From Octopus vulgaris (Eukaryota): a stretch of DNA of 64,000 nucleotides. The notes beneath the pieces were generated by a model. The model had not been told where the DNA came from. It did no database searches and worked only from the letters and a program-made list of their open reading frames with translations. The stretch lies in assembly GCA_951406725.2 (NCBI GenBank), contig OX597816.1, forward strand, positions 70,680,001 through 70,744,000, read 5' to 3'. Both the position numbers and the translations under genes were made by a program. This document shows positions 38,410 through 50,940 of this stretch, in pieces (within the stretch, counting starts at the first letter, position 1; each line of letters opens with the position of its first letter).

Positions 38410-38610
38410 CAACTTCTACATGGTCGCTTGGCCTGCAAGAAATAGCAACCAAATTCCCTCATTTTGCCCTGCTCCTGTAGAAAGGAAGGACACATTGGGT
38501 AGTGTGTTGTATTAGATATACAAAAATACAGAAAGGTTACAGTGGTTAGAAGACCTTCAATCAAAAGTCAAGTTCTTTAGGGTTGACCTGGGGTTAAATA
38601 AAACAACAGC
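38410..38610 (+). repeat. Old ~200-bp dispersed repeat ending in (CAA)n (more than 20 diverged copies)
   Basis: Recurring CTCTACRTGGT...GACCTGCTAGAAATAGCAGCCAAAT...GGATGGTCATGG...GACCTGGGGYTAAACAACAAC, e.g. 1490-1650, 10400-10590, 14700-14920, 46520-46740, 54580-54780. Confidence 0.7.
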
Positions 38611-38842
38611 TACAACAACACCAGTATCATCCTCGTCATCATATCAGCATTGCTACCACCACCACCATCTCCACCACCAATACCAAATTGTCATCATCAC
38701 CTTCCCTCTTACATATCAGTATCTTCAGTGAGCCAACGCAAGAGCCCTCACACGGTCTTTTGACCTGCTAAAAATAAGTCAAATATCCTTTGGTTCATAC
38801 TGAATTAAATCAAACCCTACAAATGATGGTATCTAGACTACA

Positions 38843-39048
38843 TTTACTCTTTTACTTGTTTCAGTCATTTGACTGCGGCCATGCTGGAGCACCGCCTTTA
38901 GTCAAGCAAATCTACCCCAGGACTTATTCTTTGTAAGTCTAGTACTTATTCTATCGGTCTCTTTTGCCAAACCGCTAAGTTACAGAGACGTAAACACCAG
39001 CATCAGTTGTCAAGTGATGTTGGGGGAACAAACACAGGCACACAAACG

Positions 39049-39128
<80 letters not shown>

Positions 39129-39292
39129 TACAACGGGCTTCTTCCAGTTTCCATCTACCAAATCCACTCACAAGGCTTTGGTCAGCCCAAGGCTATAATA
39201 GAAGACATTTGCCCAAGGTGCCACGCAGTGGGACTGAACCCAGAACCATGTGGTTGGTAAGCAAGCTACTTACCACACAGCCACTCCTACGC
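38843..39292 (-). mobile_element. tRNA-derived CORE-like SINE with internal (TA)n(TG)n, full-length copy (about 15 copies, e.g. 17820-18230, 42720-42860, 59955-60115, 60715-61065, 62384-62645)
   Basis: Head GCGTAGGAGTGGCTGTGTGGTAAG...GGGTTCAGTCCC, CORE-like CACCTTGGGCAA, and tail CCAGCATGGCCGCAGTCAAATGACTGAAACAAGTAAAAGA. Confidence 0.82.
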
Positions 39293-40618
39293 ATTTGATA
39301 ATGTAATATTAGAAACACAATTCTAGGGGAAGAAAAAAAAGAAGCCTGCCAAACTGGTAGGTCATGGATGGAATATCTTGAACTTGAGCTAAGTAACAAC
39401 AATAATCATTATCATAGGGACATTAAAATCATTAGAACAATTGATTAAATGTTTTCTTCTTTTTGTAAAATGGTAAAATCCTTAGGTTTGAAATGTCACA
39501 TCTATTAAGGCACCGGTGTGGCTGTGTGGTATGAAATTTCCTTCCCAACCACATGGTTTCTGGTTCAGTTCCATTGTGTGGTACCTTGAGCAATTGTCTT
39601 CTACTATAGTCCAAACCCATGCCAGCATGGAAAATGGACATTAAATAATGATGGTGATGATGATGACGATATAGCTCTTGGCTGACCAAAAGCTTGTTAG
39701 TGAATTTGCTGGTCAGAAATTGAAAGAAGCCCATTATAGTGTGTGTGTGTGTGTTACTGTCTCCTTGCTTTGACCTTGCATGATGGTTGTAAATGAGTGT
39801 CACTGTTATACAAGTGGTGTCCCTTGTTTCCATTCTTCTGTGAAAACATGTCTGTTCATGGCGAGGGATGGTAACTGGAAGCATATCTGGCAAATAAAAA
39901 ACCCACCTCAACAAATTACATCTGTGAGCATGGAAGGATAGATGTTATGATAATAATGAGGGTCATCATCATCATCATCATCATCACCACCACCACTGTC
40001 ATTGTCATCCTCATCAAACTGGCTGTTTTGTTGTTTGTCCCTAAGTTGTTTCTGACCTATGATCAAAGGCTTTCCAGCCATGACTATTTGATTTATTTTA
40101 GCTTTGTGCAAAGAATCTAGGGCCACATTGTCCAATATGTCTTTTTAGAAGACAGTGAAATTTGATTTGAAGTAATTTTCACTATTGTTTCTAGTGGATC
40201 AAAACTCCTTCATCTCCTTATTCCTTTGATAGCAGTAGTTACAAATACAAACATTTACAGCTCAGTTTGAAAGAAGAATAAAAATGAAAAAAATTCGTTA
40301 TAAAGTTAATAATAATTAAAAAAAATAAAAAATAATTAGTTGGTTTGAAATGGGTGAGGGCAGATTAAAAATGAAATAAAACAAAAAAAAAAATGAATTA
40401 AAATATTTTTAAAATCAGTTTTTAAATATTTTTAATTCCATCTGAAAATGGTTTCATAGCAAAAATATGTTGGAAATTTTTCTGATGAGAATTAAGATGA
40501 CTGTATGCAGTTTTCAATCATCATCATCATCTCTTCCTCCACCATCACCATCATCAGCATCATCATCATCATCATCATCTTTGTTGTATGGCGAGCTGGC
40601 AGAATTGTTAGCACGCCA

Positions 40619-40690
40619 GGACTCGGAAAAACTGAAGGATCACTACAATAAGTGTGTGAATCTGGGAGGGGAATATGTTAAATAAAATCA
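40619..40690 (+). mobile_element. Mariner transposase C-terminal fragment
   Basis: EKLKDHYNKCVNLGGEYVK* matches the mariner end motif KL..R..KC....G.YV. Confidence 0.65.
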
Positions 40691-40904
40691 TAATTAACTG
40701 ATCATCATCATCATCGTCGTTGTCATCATTTAACGTCTGCCTTCCATGCTGACATGGGTGGGGACAGTTTGACAGGAGCCGGCCAGGCAGAAGCTTGCAC
40801 CAAACTTCTGTGTCTGTTTTGGTAGGAATTTTGTAGCACTCCTTCATATACACACTCACACACATATCATAATTTAATGTCCATTCCCTATGCTGGCATG
40901 GGAT

Positions 40905-40978
<74 letters not shown>

Positions 40979-41539
40979 AACAAAACACACAAACACCTAT
41001 TATATACATTATATTATTTTGTAATTTACTTAATCTTTACTTTTTAATTGTTATTTTAATTTTAACTTTTCTATTATATGTAATTTTCTAGATGGTGTAA
41101 TTTAATTGTTCATTTTGAATTGATAAAAGGTGTTTTTTTTCTAATATTTTATATCATCATCATCATCATTGAGCGCCCGCTTTCCATGCTGGCATGGGTT
41201 GGACGGTTCAACTGGGGTCTGGGAAGCCAGAAGGCTGCACCAGGCCCAGTCTGATCTGGCAATGTTTCTATGACTGGATGCCCTTCCTAATGCCAACCAC
41301 TCCATGAGTGTAGTGGGTGCTTTTTACGTGCCACCGGCACAGGTGCCAGACGAGGCTGGCAAACGGCCACGATCGGATGGTGCTTTTTACATGCCACCAG
41401 CACGGAGGCATATATATATATATATACATACACACATACATACATGCACACATACACACACACATACATACATGTACATATGTATGTATATGTGGATACA
41501 TGTGTGTATATAGGTGAATGTGTTTGTTTTTTTTTGTTT

Positions 41540-42030
41540 TTTTTTGTGCTTATTCATTTATAATCAATGGCTTTCTGACAGTAATGTTTGTTTGCAGCTT
41601 ACCATGGAAGCCTATCTGGGCTTCTTAACATGTCTTGACATGGTGCATGATTTTATAACCAAAATGCCCGTTCATGCTACACCATTTGTTTCTATTTCTC
41701 TGCTTAAAATATGTCTGGGCTATTTGTTGTTCAGTAGACTGGGGGGGGGGGTTATTATCTGCCTTAGGAACAAGTGGGGTTAGTGACAGTAGGGGTATCC
41801 AGTCATAAAAGAAAAACATAATAATAAAACTGTCCCAAATACTTACATCTGATCTATGCAAGCATAGAAAAGTAGATATTAAAATAATGATGATGATATA
41901 AACCCATTGTTATCAAGATTGTCCCACTTACTGCTTACCTCACATGCCCTCAACCACCTTTACACACCTTTATCACCCTCACATACTGCCACATTACTTT
42001 GTTGCTCTAACACACCCTCATTGGTACCCT

Positions 42031-42076
<46 letters not shown>

Positions 42077-42720
42077 TGCCCTCACACCACCTTCATATCT
42101 CTTCACACCCTGCCTCATATACCCCCTCATATTTTCATTTCACCTGTTTCTCTGACCTGTTGCTAAGCAACAGGAGCAACTAGGTTTGTGGCCATTCTGA
42201 ATTGCCCTGCCTCTTTGTTGTTTAGTCCTTGATCAATCCCTGATAGAGATGTATGGTCAGAGGTGTCCCAGTCATGACCATGTCAGTTTATTTCAGTCCT
42301 AGTATGTATAGGGCTACTTTATCCAATGTGTCACCAGGACTTGATTTGAAAAAAAATTTGGCTGCTATTTCTACACACATACACATGCATACATACATAT
42401 TTATGTATATATTGGCGAGTATGTTTGTATTTTTTTGTGCTTACTGATTTATAATCAATGGCTTTCTGACAGTAATGTTTGTTTGCAGCTTACCATGGAA
42501 GCTTATCTGGGCTTCTTAACATGTCTTGACATGGTGTGTGATCTTTATAACCCAAAAGCCCATTCATACTGTGCCATTTATTTCCAGTTTTCTATTTAAA
42601 ACTTGTTTGTTGTTCAATAGACTGGTGGATTATTATCTGCCTTGGGAGCAAATGGGGTTAGTGACAGGAAGGGTATCCAGCCACAAAAAAAATAAAAAAT
42701 AAATAAAACTCTGTCCCAAG
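41540..42720 (+). repeat. Local direct duplication (~41540-41840 and ~42430-42720)
   Basis: Colinear copies ~900 bp apart. Confidence 0.85.
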
Positions 42721-43731
42721 TGTCTGTGCGGTAAGTAGCTTGCTTACCAACCACATGGTTCCGGGTTCAGTCCCACTGCGTGGCACCTTGGGCAAGTGTC
42801 TTCTACTATAGCCTCAGGCCAACCAAAGCCTTGTGAGTGGATTTGGTAAACGGAAACTGAATTTTACCGGTGGATTATTATCTGCTCCCAAGGCGGATAA
42901 TAATCTACCAGTAAAATTATTTGAGGTAAAATTTGGCTGCTGTTTCTAGCATGTCAAACAGTCGTATAGAGGCACCATTCTAGCTGTGGCCATCTTGACT
43001 GACTTTATTTTTTATCTTTTGAACAGTTAGGTGTGATTTGATGCAGATTTAGCTGCTATTTTTGTCGCATTAAGTGGCTACATAGAAGCTCTCTTATGTG
43101 TATAATTGATGTGTGTTATCAATATGAAACTCTGCAAAGGTAATTGAAAAGCAGAAAAATATTCCTTTCCCTACCCCCCCCCTCTAGTTTTCCCCACTTC
43201 AGTCTATTTTCTTAATGTTTTGTTGTTTTTTCTTTTTGTCTTCAATCTGCTGATCAAACACATTCACTTCCTCATGTACAACCTTTAACTTTATGATAGT
43301 GTAACATTATACTTGTAAAGCTTGGTTTTTAATATTCTTCACCTCCCCTATTTCGGAGACAATCTGATCTCCTTACGGTGTATTGATAACAGATAATGGA
43401 TAACAAGCGGGGAGGGGTGGTGGAATCTACTTCATGCACATGTTCCACATCCTCTTCATTGGTGAACTTGAGCCGTTTGGAAAGATCAGATTACAGCTGT
43501 TTGTGGTCAATGTCCACTGTGATATGTAAATGGATATTATGCTGGTTTCAACAATGAGGAAGGCTCCAGTTATTTGATTAAAGGAACCACCAATTGCTTT
43601 CTAGTGTATGTTGCTAGGCACAGCTGTGGAGTTAAGGAGCTCACTTTACAATCATGTCGTTTCAGATTCAATTACACCATGTAGCACCTCGGACAAGTGT
43701 CTTTTTCTATAGCCCTGGGCTGACCAATACC

Positions 43732-43962
43732 TATTTCTTTACTACCCACTAGGGGCTAAACACAGAGAGGAAAAACAAAGACAGACAAACGGATTAAGTC
43801 GATTATATCGACCCCAGTTTGTAACTGGTACTTATTTAATTGACCCTGAAAGGATGAAAGGCAAAGTCAACCTTGGTGGAATTTGAACTAAGAACGCAGC
43901 GGCAGACGAACTACTGCTAGGCATTTCGCCCGGCGTGCTAACGTTTCTGCCCACTTGCCACC
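43732..43962 (-). mobile_element. Meta-like SINE inserted in a CORE-like SINE
   Basis: Full-length reverse-complement copy; duplicated flank TGGGCTGACCAAT. Confidence 0.85.
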
Positions 43963-45300
43963 TTGGGCTGACCAATGCCTTGTGTGTGAATATGATAGAT
44001 GGCATCTGTGGCTGATATCCTACAACAAACATATTACTGCTTCTTAAAGTTAGGGGATACATTTTTTTTTTCCTATAAGAATTCAAGGAAGATATTTGTG
44101 ATGAAGAGATGCCAGTTGTTTCTTTTGAGGCTCTTGATTTATAACTAGTGTTTAGAAAAAAAAAAAAAAGAAGAAAACTATTGCTGTATGATTTGTTGTT
44201 GGAGTTTAACCTCACTAAGTCCAGCCTTTAACCGGAAACTCATTGTTGTTCAGCCTTGGGTTAGTTTTGATCCAGCAGACAATGTGATCAAATTACCTGC
44301 TGTGTTGCCTTAGATTAGCACTGATCTAGCAAACTTACGGTCAAAATCATCCCACCTTTGGTCACTTCATCTTTCTTTAGTGTTTATCTTGAATCACATT
44401 ATTCTGTTGTCCTTTCCTCATTTAACTCTTCACATCCTGTTAAAATAATTCCATTGCACATGTGTGCATATGTACACACACACATACATACATACATACA
44501 TCTGACAATCTAAGGAATGGAAAATGTAAGTAAAGACTACAAATGTTTCCTAGCTAAAAACGATGTTACATATCTTGTAACATGTAACACCTGCTTAGTT
44601 AATCATCAGGTCTTATTGCCAAACTTTATTTACATATCCCTAGAAATAGTCACCTAGAAACAGACATGTTCAGTCTAATGGCATGGCATCTTGGGTAGAT
44701 GTCTTCTATTATAACCCCAGGTCAACCAAAGCTTTGTGAATGAATCTGGTATACAGAAGCTGAAAGAAGCCTGCCGTATATGTGTATATATTTCTGTGTG
44801 TGACTGTATGTCCCTGTTTTGATATCACTTGTTGTAGGTAAGTGTCACTGTCCTATAAGCAGTATCATTCATTTCCAGTAAGCCGATGCCAGTGCCTCCT
44901 CGACTGGCTTCTCTGCTGGTAGCACGTAAAAAGCACCAACCAATTGTGGCCGCTGCCAGCCCCCCCTACCCCGGCATCTGTGCTGGTGGCACGTAAAAAG
45001 CACCCACTACACTCATGGAGTGGTTGGCGTTAGGAAGGGCATCCGGCTGTAGAAACACTGCCAGATCAGACTGGAGCCCGGTGCAGCCTCCTGGCTTCCC
45101 AGACCCCGGTCGAACGATCCAACCCGTGCTAGCATGGAAAACGGACGTTAAACGATGATGATGATGTACAAACGAATCTGGCCACAGGAAAACAATATCT
45201 TACTTGGGAACAAGTGAGGCTTGCCTACAGGAAAGGCATCTAGCGTTAGAAAATCTTCTTTAATAAACACTGCCTGACTGATGTGAGCACGGCAAAGAGT

Positions 45301-45672
45301 GGAGGCGCAATGGCCCAGTGGTTAGGGCAGCAGACTCGCGGTCAGAGGATCGCGGTTTCGATTCCCAGACCGGGCGTTGTGTGTGTTTATTGCGCAAAAA
45401 CACCTAAAGCTCCACGTGACTCCGGCAGGGGGTGGTGGCAACCCCTTTTGTACTCTTTCGCTCCAACTTTCTCTCACTCTTTCTTCCTGTTTCTTGTCCC
45501 CGACTTCCTACGCAACCGCTGAGCCTGGATGCGCATTCATCCATCCGTCGATGCTCTCGGTGTCGGAGGTTGACCTGCTTTCTCTTCTGCGGGTCTTACG
45601 AATAGCAAAAGGACCCCGTTTCGGACTTCTCCCACTGCGAGTTCTGGGATGAAGACCGCTTCGCTCAACAAA
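45301..45672 (+). mobile_element. CpG-rich (young) tRNA-Arg-like SINE
   Basis: A box TGGCCCAGTGG and B box GGTTTCGATTCC, followed by ~300 nt of non-tRNA body ending CAACAAAC. It interrupts another repeat. Confidence 0.72.
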
Positions 45673-45727
45673 CAGGATTTTAAAACAATGATGATAATGA
45701 TGACCCAATCTCAGCCAAGTTCTAGAT

Positions 45728-45970
45728 CAAAGGTTCTCAACCAGGGTCCATTATAAGAGTTTGTTGTTAAAATTTATCTGCAAAAAATTGCTTATATTTC
45801 TAAAACACCCAAAAATATTTTAACAATTTTTAAATACAATTCCTAATATTTAATTATAAAAATATGATTCTTTTTATATATATACCGAATGGCTGTGGGG
45901 GTCCGGTGGAATAAAATAGGAATCAAAGGGGTCCATAGGCAAAGAAAAAAAAAAAGATTGAGAAACATAG
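45728..45970. mobile_element. hAT-type MITE (related ends at 2673-2955, 4822-5402, 62843-63120)
   Basis: CAxxGGTTCTCAAC...TTGAGAA termini with an 8-bp TSD TTCTAGAT/CTCTAGAT. Confidence 0.75.
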
Positions 45971-45978
45971 CTCTAGAT

Positions 45979-46515
45979 CAGGGCTGGCCAATCTGATGCC
46001 AGCGGGCTGCATGCAGTCCGCTTGATATTCTTTTGAAATGAGTTTATTTAAACAAGCATTTTAAAAATTTTATCAAAAATTAAAGATTGTAATGGAAAAG
46101 TAAAAAAGAAAGATACTACTGTTTTTGCAACAATAATATTTCATGTTGGATCAACGATCATTCTTTCATTATTGTAATAATAAGCATGAGAAAGCAAAAT
46201 GCTTTCAATTCTGTCAGTATACAAGTGGCCCTCAAAAAAACTTTCTGTGATTAACCCTTTTGTTACCAACCTGGCTGAAACCGGCTCTGGCTCTGAGTAC
46301 AAATGTCTTGTTTTCATAAGTTTTGAATTAAAATCTTCCACCAAACCTTAGTCATAATTTATGTTCCTAACACTAGCTGAGTGATAACTAAGTTATTTTA
46401 ATTAAATTCTTTGTTATATTTAAAGTAATTGAAAGGAACACAGAGCATCTCAAAATAAATACAGTAACGAAAGGGTTAAAGTGGCTTGTAATGTAATTGA
46501 AGTTGGCCAGGCCTG
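45979..46515. mobile_element. Second hAT-type MITE containing a nested piggyBac MITE
   Basis: CAGGGCTGGCCAA...TTGGCCAGGCCTG termini, starting directly after CTCTAGAT. Confidence 0.65.
46255..46475 (+). mobile_element. piggyBac-type MITE family 1 (also 17225-17420, 25672-25891, 36580-36786)
   Basis: TTAA|CCCTTT...AAAGGG|TTAA termini; four copies share the ~220-bp interior. Confidence 0.85.
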
Positions 46516-47139
46516 CTCCAGTCTATGAGAAGACCTCTGGATGATTGCTCAACCTACAAGAATTAGCAACCTAATTCCTCTCAATCCACACCTTAGCATT
46601 AAAAAAGATGTCAGATAATATATTTAATCCTGAATACATTACATTATCTGAAAATAAGATGGGATGGTTGTGATTGAAATGCTTTGATCATATATAATAG
46701 GTTTGCTTGATCAGAGCTAGCCTGGGGTTAAACAACGGCACACATCCTCATTCTACTTAGTGGGAGATTTTTTTCTCAGATGCTTTACATTATGAAACTG
46801 GCCCTTGCTTAGTCCAAGGTTAGTTCTAAAAGAGCTGACCTGTAATCCAGCCTTAATCACACTGGTTATTAACCTAATGTACGTAGAACTGTATTAACCA
46901 ATGCTCTTCCGTCCCTACATATCTGGAGTTTGTAATGTGTAATTTGAGGGAGATTCGACTGCTATTTCTAGTTGAGTAACCATACAGAGGTTTTAGTTCA
47001 CTGGTTTGGAGATAGTAGGTGTAGGAATTTTCTTATTGACTGTTTGCTAGTCACAGATTTGGCTTGTCTGGGAAGATCCAGCTGTAGTATAGGATGGTAT
47101 TGTACCTAAGTAGCATTTGCTATACTCAGGGTTATATAT

Positions 47140-47185
<46 letters not shown>

Positions 47186-47237
47186 GTTATATGTGTGTAC
47201 ATATACATGAATATTTGTGTGTGTATGTATATATATG

Positions 47238-47274
<37 letters not shown>

Positions 47275-47565
47275 GTATGTATATATGTGTATATATATAT
47301 GTGTATATATATATGTGTATATATATATATATATATGTATGTATATATGTGTATGTATATATGTGTATGTATATATGTGTATATATATGTGTATGTATAT
47401 ATGTGTATATATATATGTGTGTGTATATATATATATGTACATATATACATATATGTGTGTGTGTATATATATATATGTACATATATATATACATATGTGA
47501 GTGTGTATATATATAGATATATATAATATATACACACACTATGTGTGTGTGTGTGTGTGTGTGTA
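47140..47565. repeat. Compound (CA)n/(TA)n/(TGTA)n microsatellite
   Basis: Seen directly in the sequence. Confidence 0.95.
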
Positions 47566-48188
47566 AACAGGGACAATGTAACAATGCACTCTTTGAACAA
47601 CTTCCTGAGACTTATCAAAAATCTATGAACTCCAAACCTTTTGACCAAATTCTATTCTCGAATTCACAGCAATAAGGTCATTGTCTTGTCACTCAAGTTG
47701 ATAGAAGTAAGTGAGAGGAAGGGAGGTATTTTACACCCCCCCCCCCACTCCCTGTCATTTGCCTTTGTCTCTCTTTCTCTTTCTTTCCCCCCTCCCTCCC
47801 CCCCTCCCTCTGGTCTGTTCACCTTTTTTCCACACTTTCTTACTCTCTCTTGTTCCCATTACACCCCTTTCTTAGTTCTTCTTTTAACCCTTTTTCAGTT
47901 CTTCTCTCAAATTCTCTTCAGACTTTTCTGTGTCTTTCCATTATTTCTCTAGCCAAACATCTTTCTCTCTCTGCCTCTTGCTAACTCCCGTCATCCCTCC
48001 CTCTTTCTCTTGTTAATACCATCTTTCCCTCTCTCATGCACTCCTTCTCTCTTTCTCTTTTCAGCTACCTCTGTCCTCACATCCCCTTCTTCCCTTCACT
48101 CCCTCCTCCCATTCCCACTTTCTGTAGCTTTCTTTTTCTCTCCCTTTAGCTCTCTCTTGCATTCTTTCTCTTTCTCCCTCTCATACCT

Positions 48189-48223
<35 letters not shown>

Positions 48224-48530
48224 TCCTTTCCCATTACTCAGTATGTCTTCCCCGCCTCCATCCATTCCCCTCACAGAACTCAATATTTCTCCTCTTCCTC
48301 TTCCTACCACATCACACATCATCTCCTGATGCCCGCTCTGCCCCATCCCTGTCCATTCATCAATAATTCTCCCCCACCCCACCTCCCTCCTACAGAGACA
48401 TAGATTATTGACTCCAATAGCACTGAGACATAAATTCCTAGAATCCACTCTGCTATTGAGTCACTTGATATTAACACATATTGACACATTCACATGCGTG
48501 CTCACACACTCACATGTAAGCACTTGCATG

Positions 48531-48597
<67 letters not shown>

Positions 48598-49199
48598 ACT
48601 CACACACATTCTCACACATGCATAATCACATATTCACATGCATTTTGCACAAGCACTCATTCTCTCATAATATACATTCCCACAAAAGCATTCTCTCTTA
48701 AACACACACACAAATGATTTTCATCTTTTTTTTGTTTTTGTGCTTATTTGTTAAAATAATAAAAATTCAGCAAACTACCAACATTGAATAAGACTAAACC
48801 TAAACCCTGAGTGTGTGTGTGTGTTTGTGATCGAGTTTTTATTATTAGAGTTCCTGTTATAAAGAAGAAGGCTGGTTTCCAAGCCCCACCACTGGAATCT
48901 CAATATCAATAATAGTGAAGAATTACATGTTGAATTTTAGAAGAATCTTGTGTACTTTTACCGTTCTTCTGCTTACCGATTGTAATTCTAAAGTGTGTGT
49001 AAGCTGGTTACTTTCTTTGAGAGCTCCAGTTGATCAAGATTACCACTTAGATATTTAATAACCTAATCACATACATCAATAATTAGGGACACAAGTATTG
49101 ATTTATAATTTGAGTAGAGAAGCCGTGTTTTAGCCCTTTCGGTACTGCCTGAGACTGCTCTTGGTTCTATGATACAAACTTCTTGTTTTAAAGTTATCC

Positions 49200-49818
49200 C
49201 CACTAATTTCAGGCCTTGTGCCTTTTGTAGAAAGAATTATTATTATTATTATTAATATTATTATTATTAATATTATTAATATTATTATTATTATTAATAT
49301 TATTATTATTATTAATATTATTGTTGTTGTTGTTATTATTATCATCATTATTGTCATTATTCTACCTAGTTCAGTTTTGCCTTTCATCTATTCGTAGTCG
49401 ATAAAATAATACCAGTTGAGCACCGGGGTCGATGTAATTGACTTATCTCCTCCTCCCAAAATTGCTGGCCTTGTGCCAAATTTTGAAATTAAAATCTTCC
49501 AGCTTAATTTCCTGTTAATTTATTTTCCAAGCATCAGCTTTATATAACAACAGTTTTTCTTATCTCCCAGGAGAGTTATGTCACAAATAAGCACACATTG
49601 GTTCTCTATCACTTTTCCACTAACCCCCTTTTTTTTTTAACCTTTGTATGTTATGCACGTGTCTCTTCTTTTCCAGTGTACACCATGTATACTTTATTTA
49701 AATTTTTTTTTAAATAAATTTATTATATGTAAACCCCCACATGTCTGTCTCTGTATTATCCTTCTCATCCTTCACCCTTGTAGCAAATAAATGAAATCAT
49801 TCTTATTATTTTTATTTA

Positions 49819-49864
<46 letters not shown>

Positions 49865-50044
49865 TAAGATGGCAGAATTGTTAGCATGACAGGTGTTAGC
49901 ATGAGCGGTATTTCGTCTGTCTTCACAGTCTGAGTTCAAGTTCCGCTGGGGTTGATAAATTAAGTATCAGTGAAACACTGGGGTCAATTACATCGACTGG
50001 TTCCCTCCTCACTAATTTCAGGCCTTGTGCCTTTTGTAGAAAGA

Positions 50045-50075
<31 letters not shown>

Positions 50076-50200
50076 TGCCTAGTTCAGTTTTGCCTTTCAT
50101 CTATTCGTAGTCAATAAAATAATACCAGTTGAGCACTGGGGTTGATGTAATTGACTTATCCCCTCCCCCCCCAAATTGGTGGCCTTGTGCCAAAGTTTGA
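49200..50200 (+). repeat. Local direct duplication of SINE fragments (~49200-49490 and ~50010-50200)
   Basis: Shared idiosyncratic junction CCTAGTTCAGTTTTGCCTTTCATCTATTCGTAGTC. Confidence 0.8.
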
Positions 50201-50737
50201 AACCATTATTATTATTATTATTGAGGTGGCAACCTGGCAGAATCATTACCACACCAGGCAAAATGCTCAGCAGTATTTCATCTGTCTTCACGTTCTGAGT
50301 TCAAATTCCGCCAGGTTTGACTTTGCCTTTCATCTTTTCAGGGTCGATAGATTAAGTACCAGAAAAGTACTGGGGTCAATGTGATCAACTATCCCCACAA
50401 ATTTCAGGCCTTGTGCCTTTAGTGGGAAAAATTATTATTATTATAACCGGCTTCCATGCCAGTGGCACATAAAAGGCACCATTCGAGTGTGATCGTTACC
50501 AGCGTCGCCTTACTGGCACTTGTGCCCGTGCTAGTAGGGTGCCAAGAGCACCATCTGAATGTGATCGTTGCCAGAGCAGCCAACTGGCTTCCGTGCCAGT
50601 GGCACGTAAAAGGGCACCATTCGAGCGTGATCGTTACCAATGTCACCTTACTGGCACCTGTGCCGGTGGCATGTGTAAAAAGATTCGAGCGAGGTCATTG
50701 CCAGTACCACCTGACTGACCCCCATTGATCCTGTTGT

Positions 50738-50940
50738 CACCGGGGCATGCTATGTTGCTTATCATACATGTTCCTTCTGGTCGGGTGATCGCACTGGATC
50801 ACTGCATCCCACAGGATTTTTCCATTCTCATTTTCCGTTACTCCTTCTGGAGTTTGCTCAGACCACGTTTTTGCTCTTTGTAGGCCGTGATTTCCACAGA
50901 GGTCCTGATGGATCATTCTTGCCACATTGTTATAGCATGA
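50738..50940 (-). mobile_element. R4/Dong-like (RLE-type) non-LTR fragment
   Basis: NNVARMIHQDLC...W.EQTPEGVTENENGKILWDAVIQCD resembles the region preceding the restriction-like endonuclease of R4-clade elements. Confidence 0.7.

Noticed and set aside
43340-43540. Possible minus-strand exon (LSKRLKFTNEEDVEHVHEVD)
   Set aside because: There is an in-frame stop just upstream, no usable acceptor, and no recognisable homology.
44888-44910. GCCTCCTCGACTGGC resembles the HDV ribozyme P3/L3 region; hairpin B plus AAA also recalls the pistol ribozyme
   Set aside because: I could not build HDV P1, P1.1 or P2, nor pistol P2/P3. Other copies do not keep the TCCTCG loop.
45301-45375. Possible tRNA gene
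   Set aside because: The acceptor stem does not close, there is no poly-T terminator, and it continues into a SINE body.
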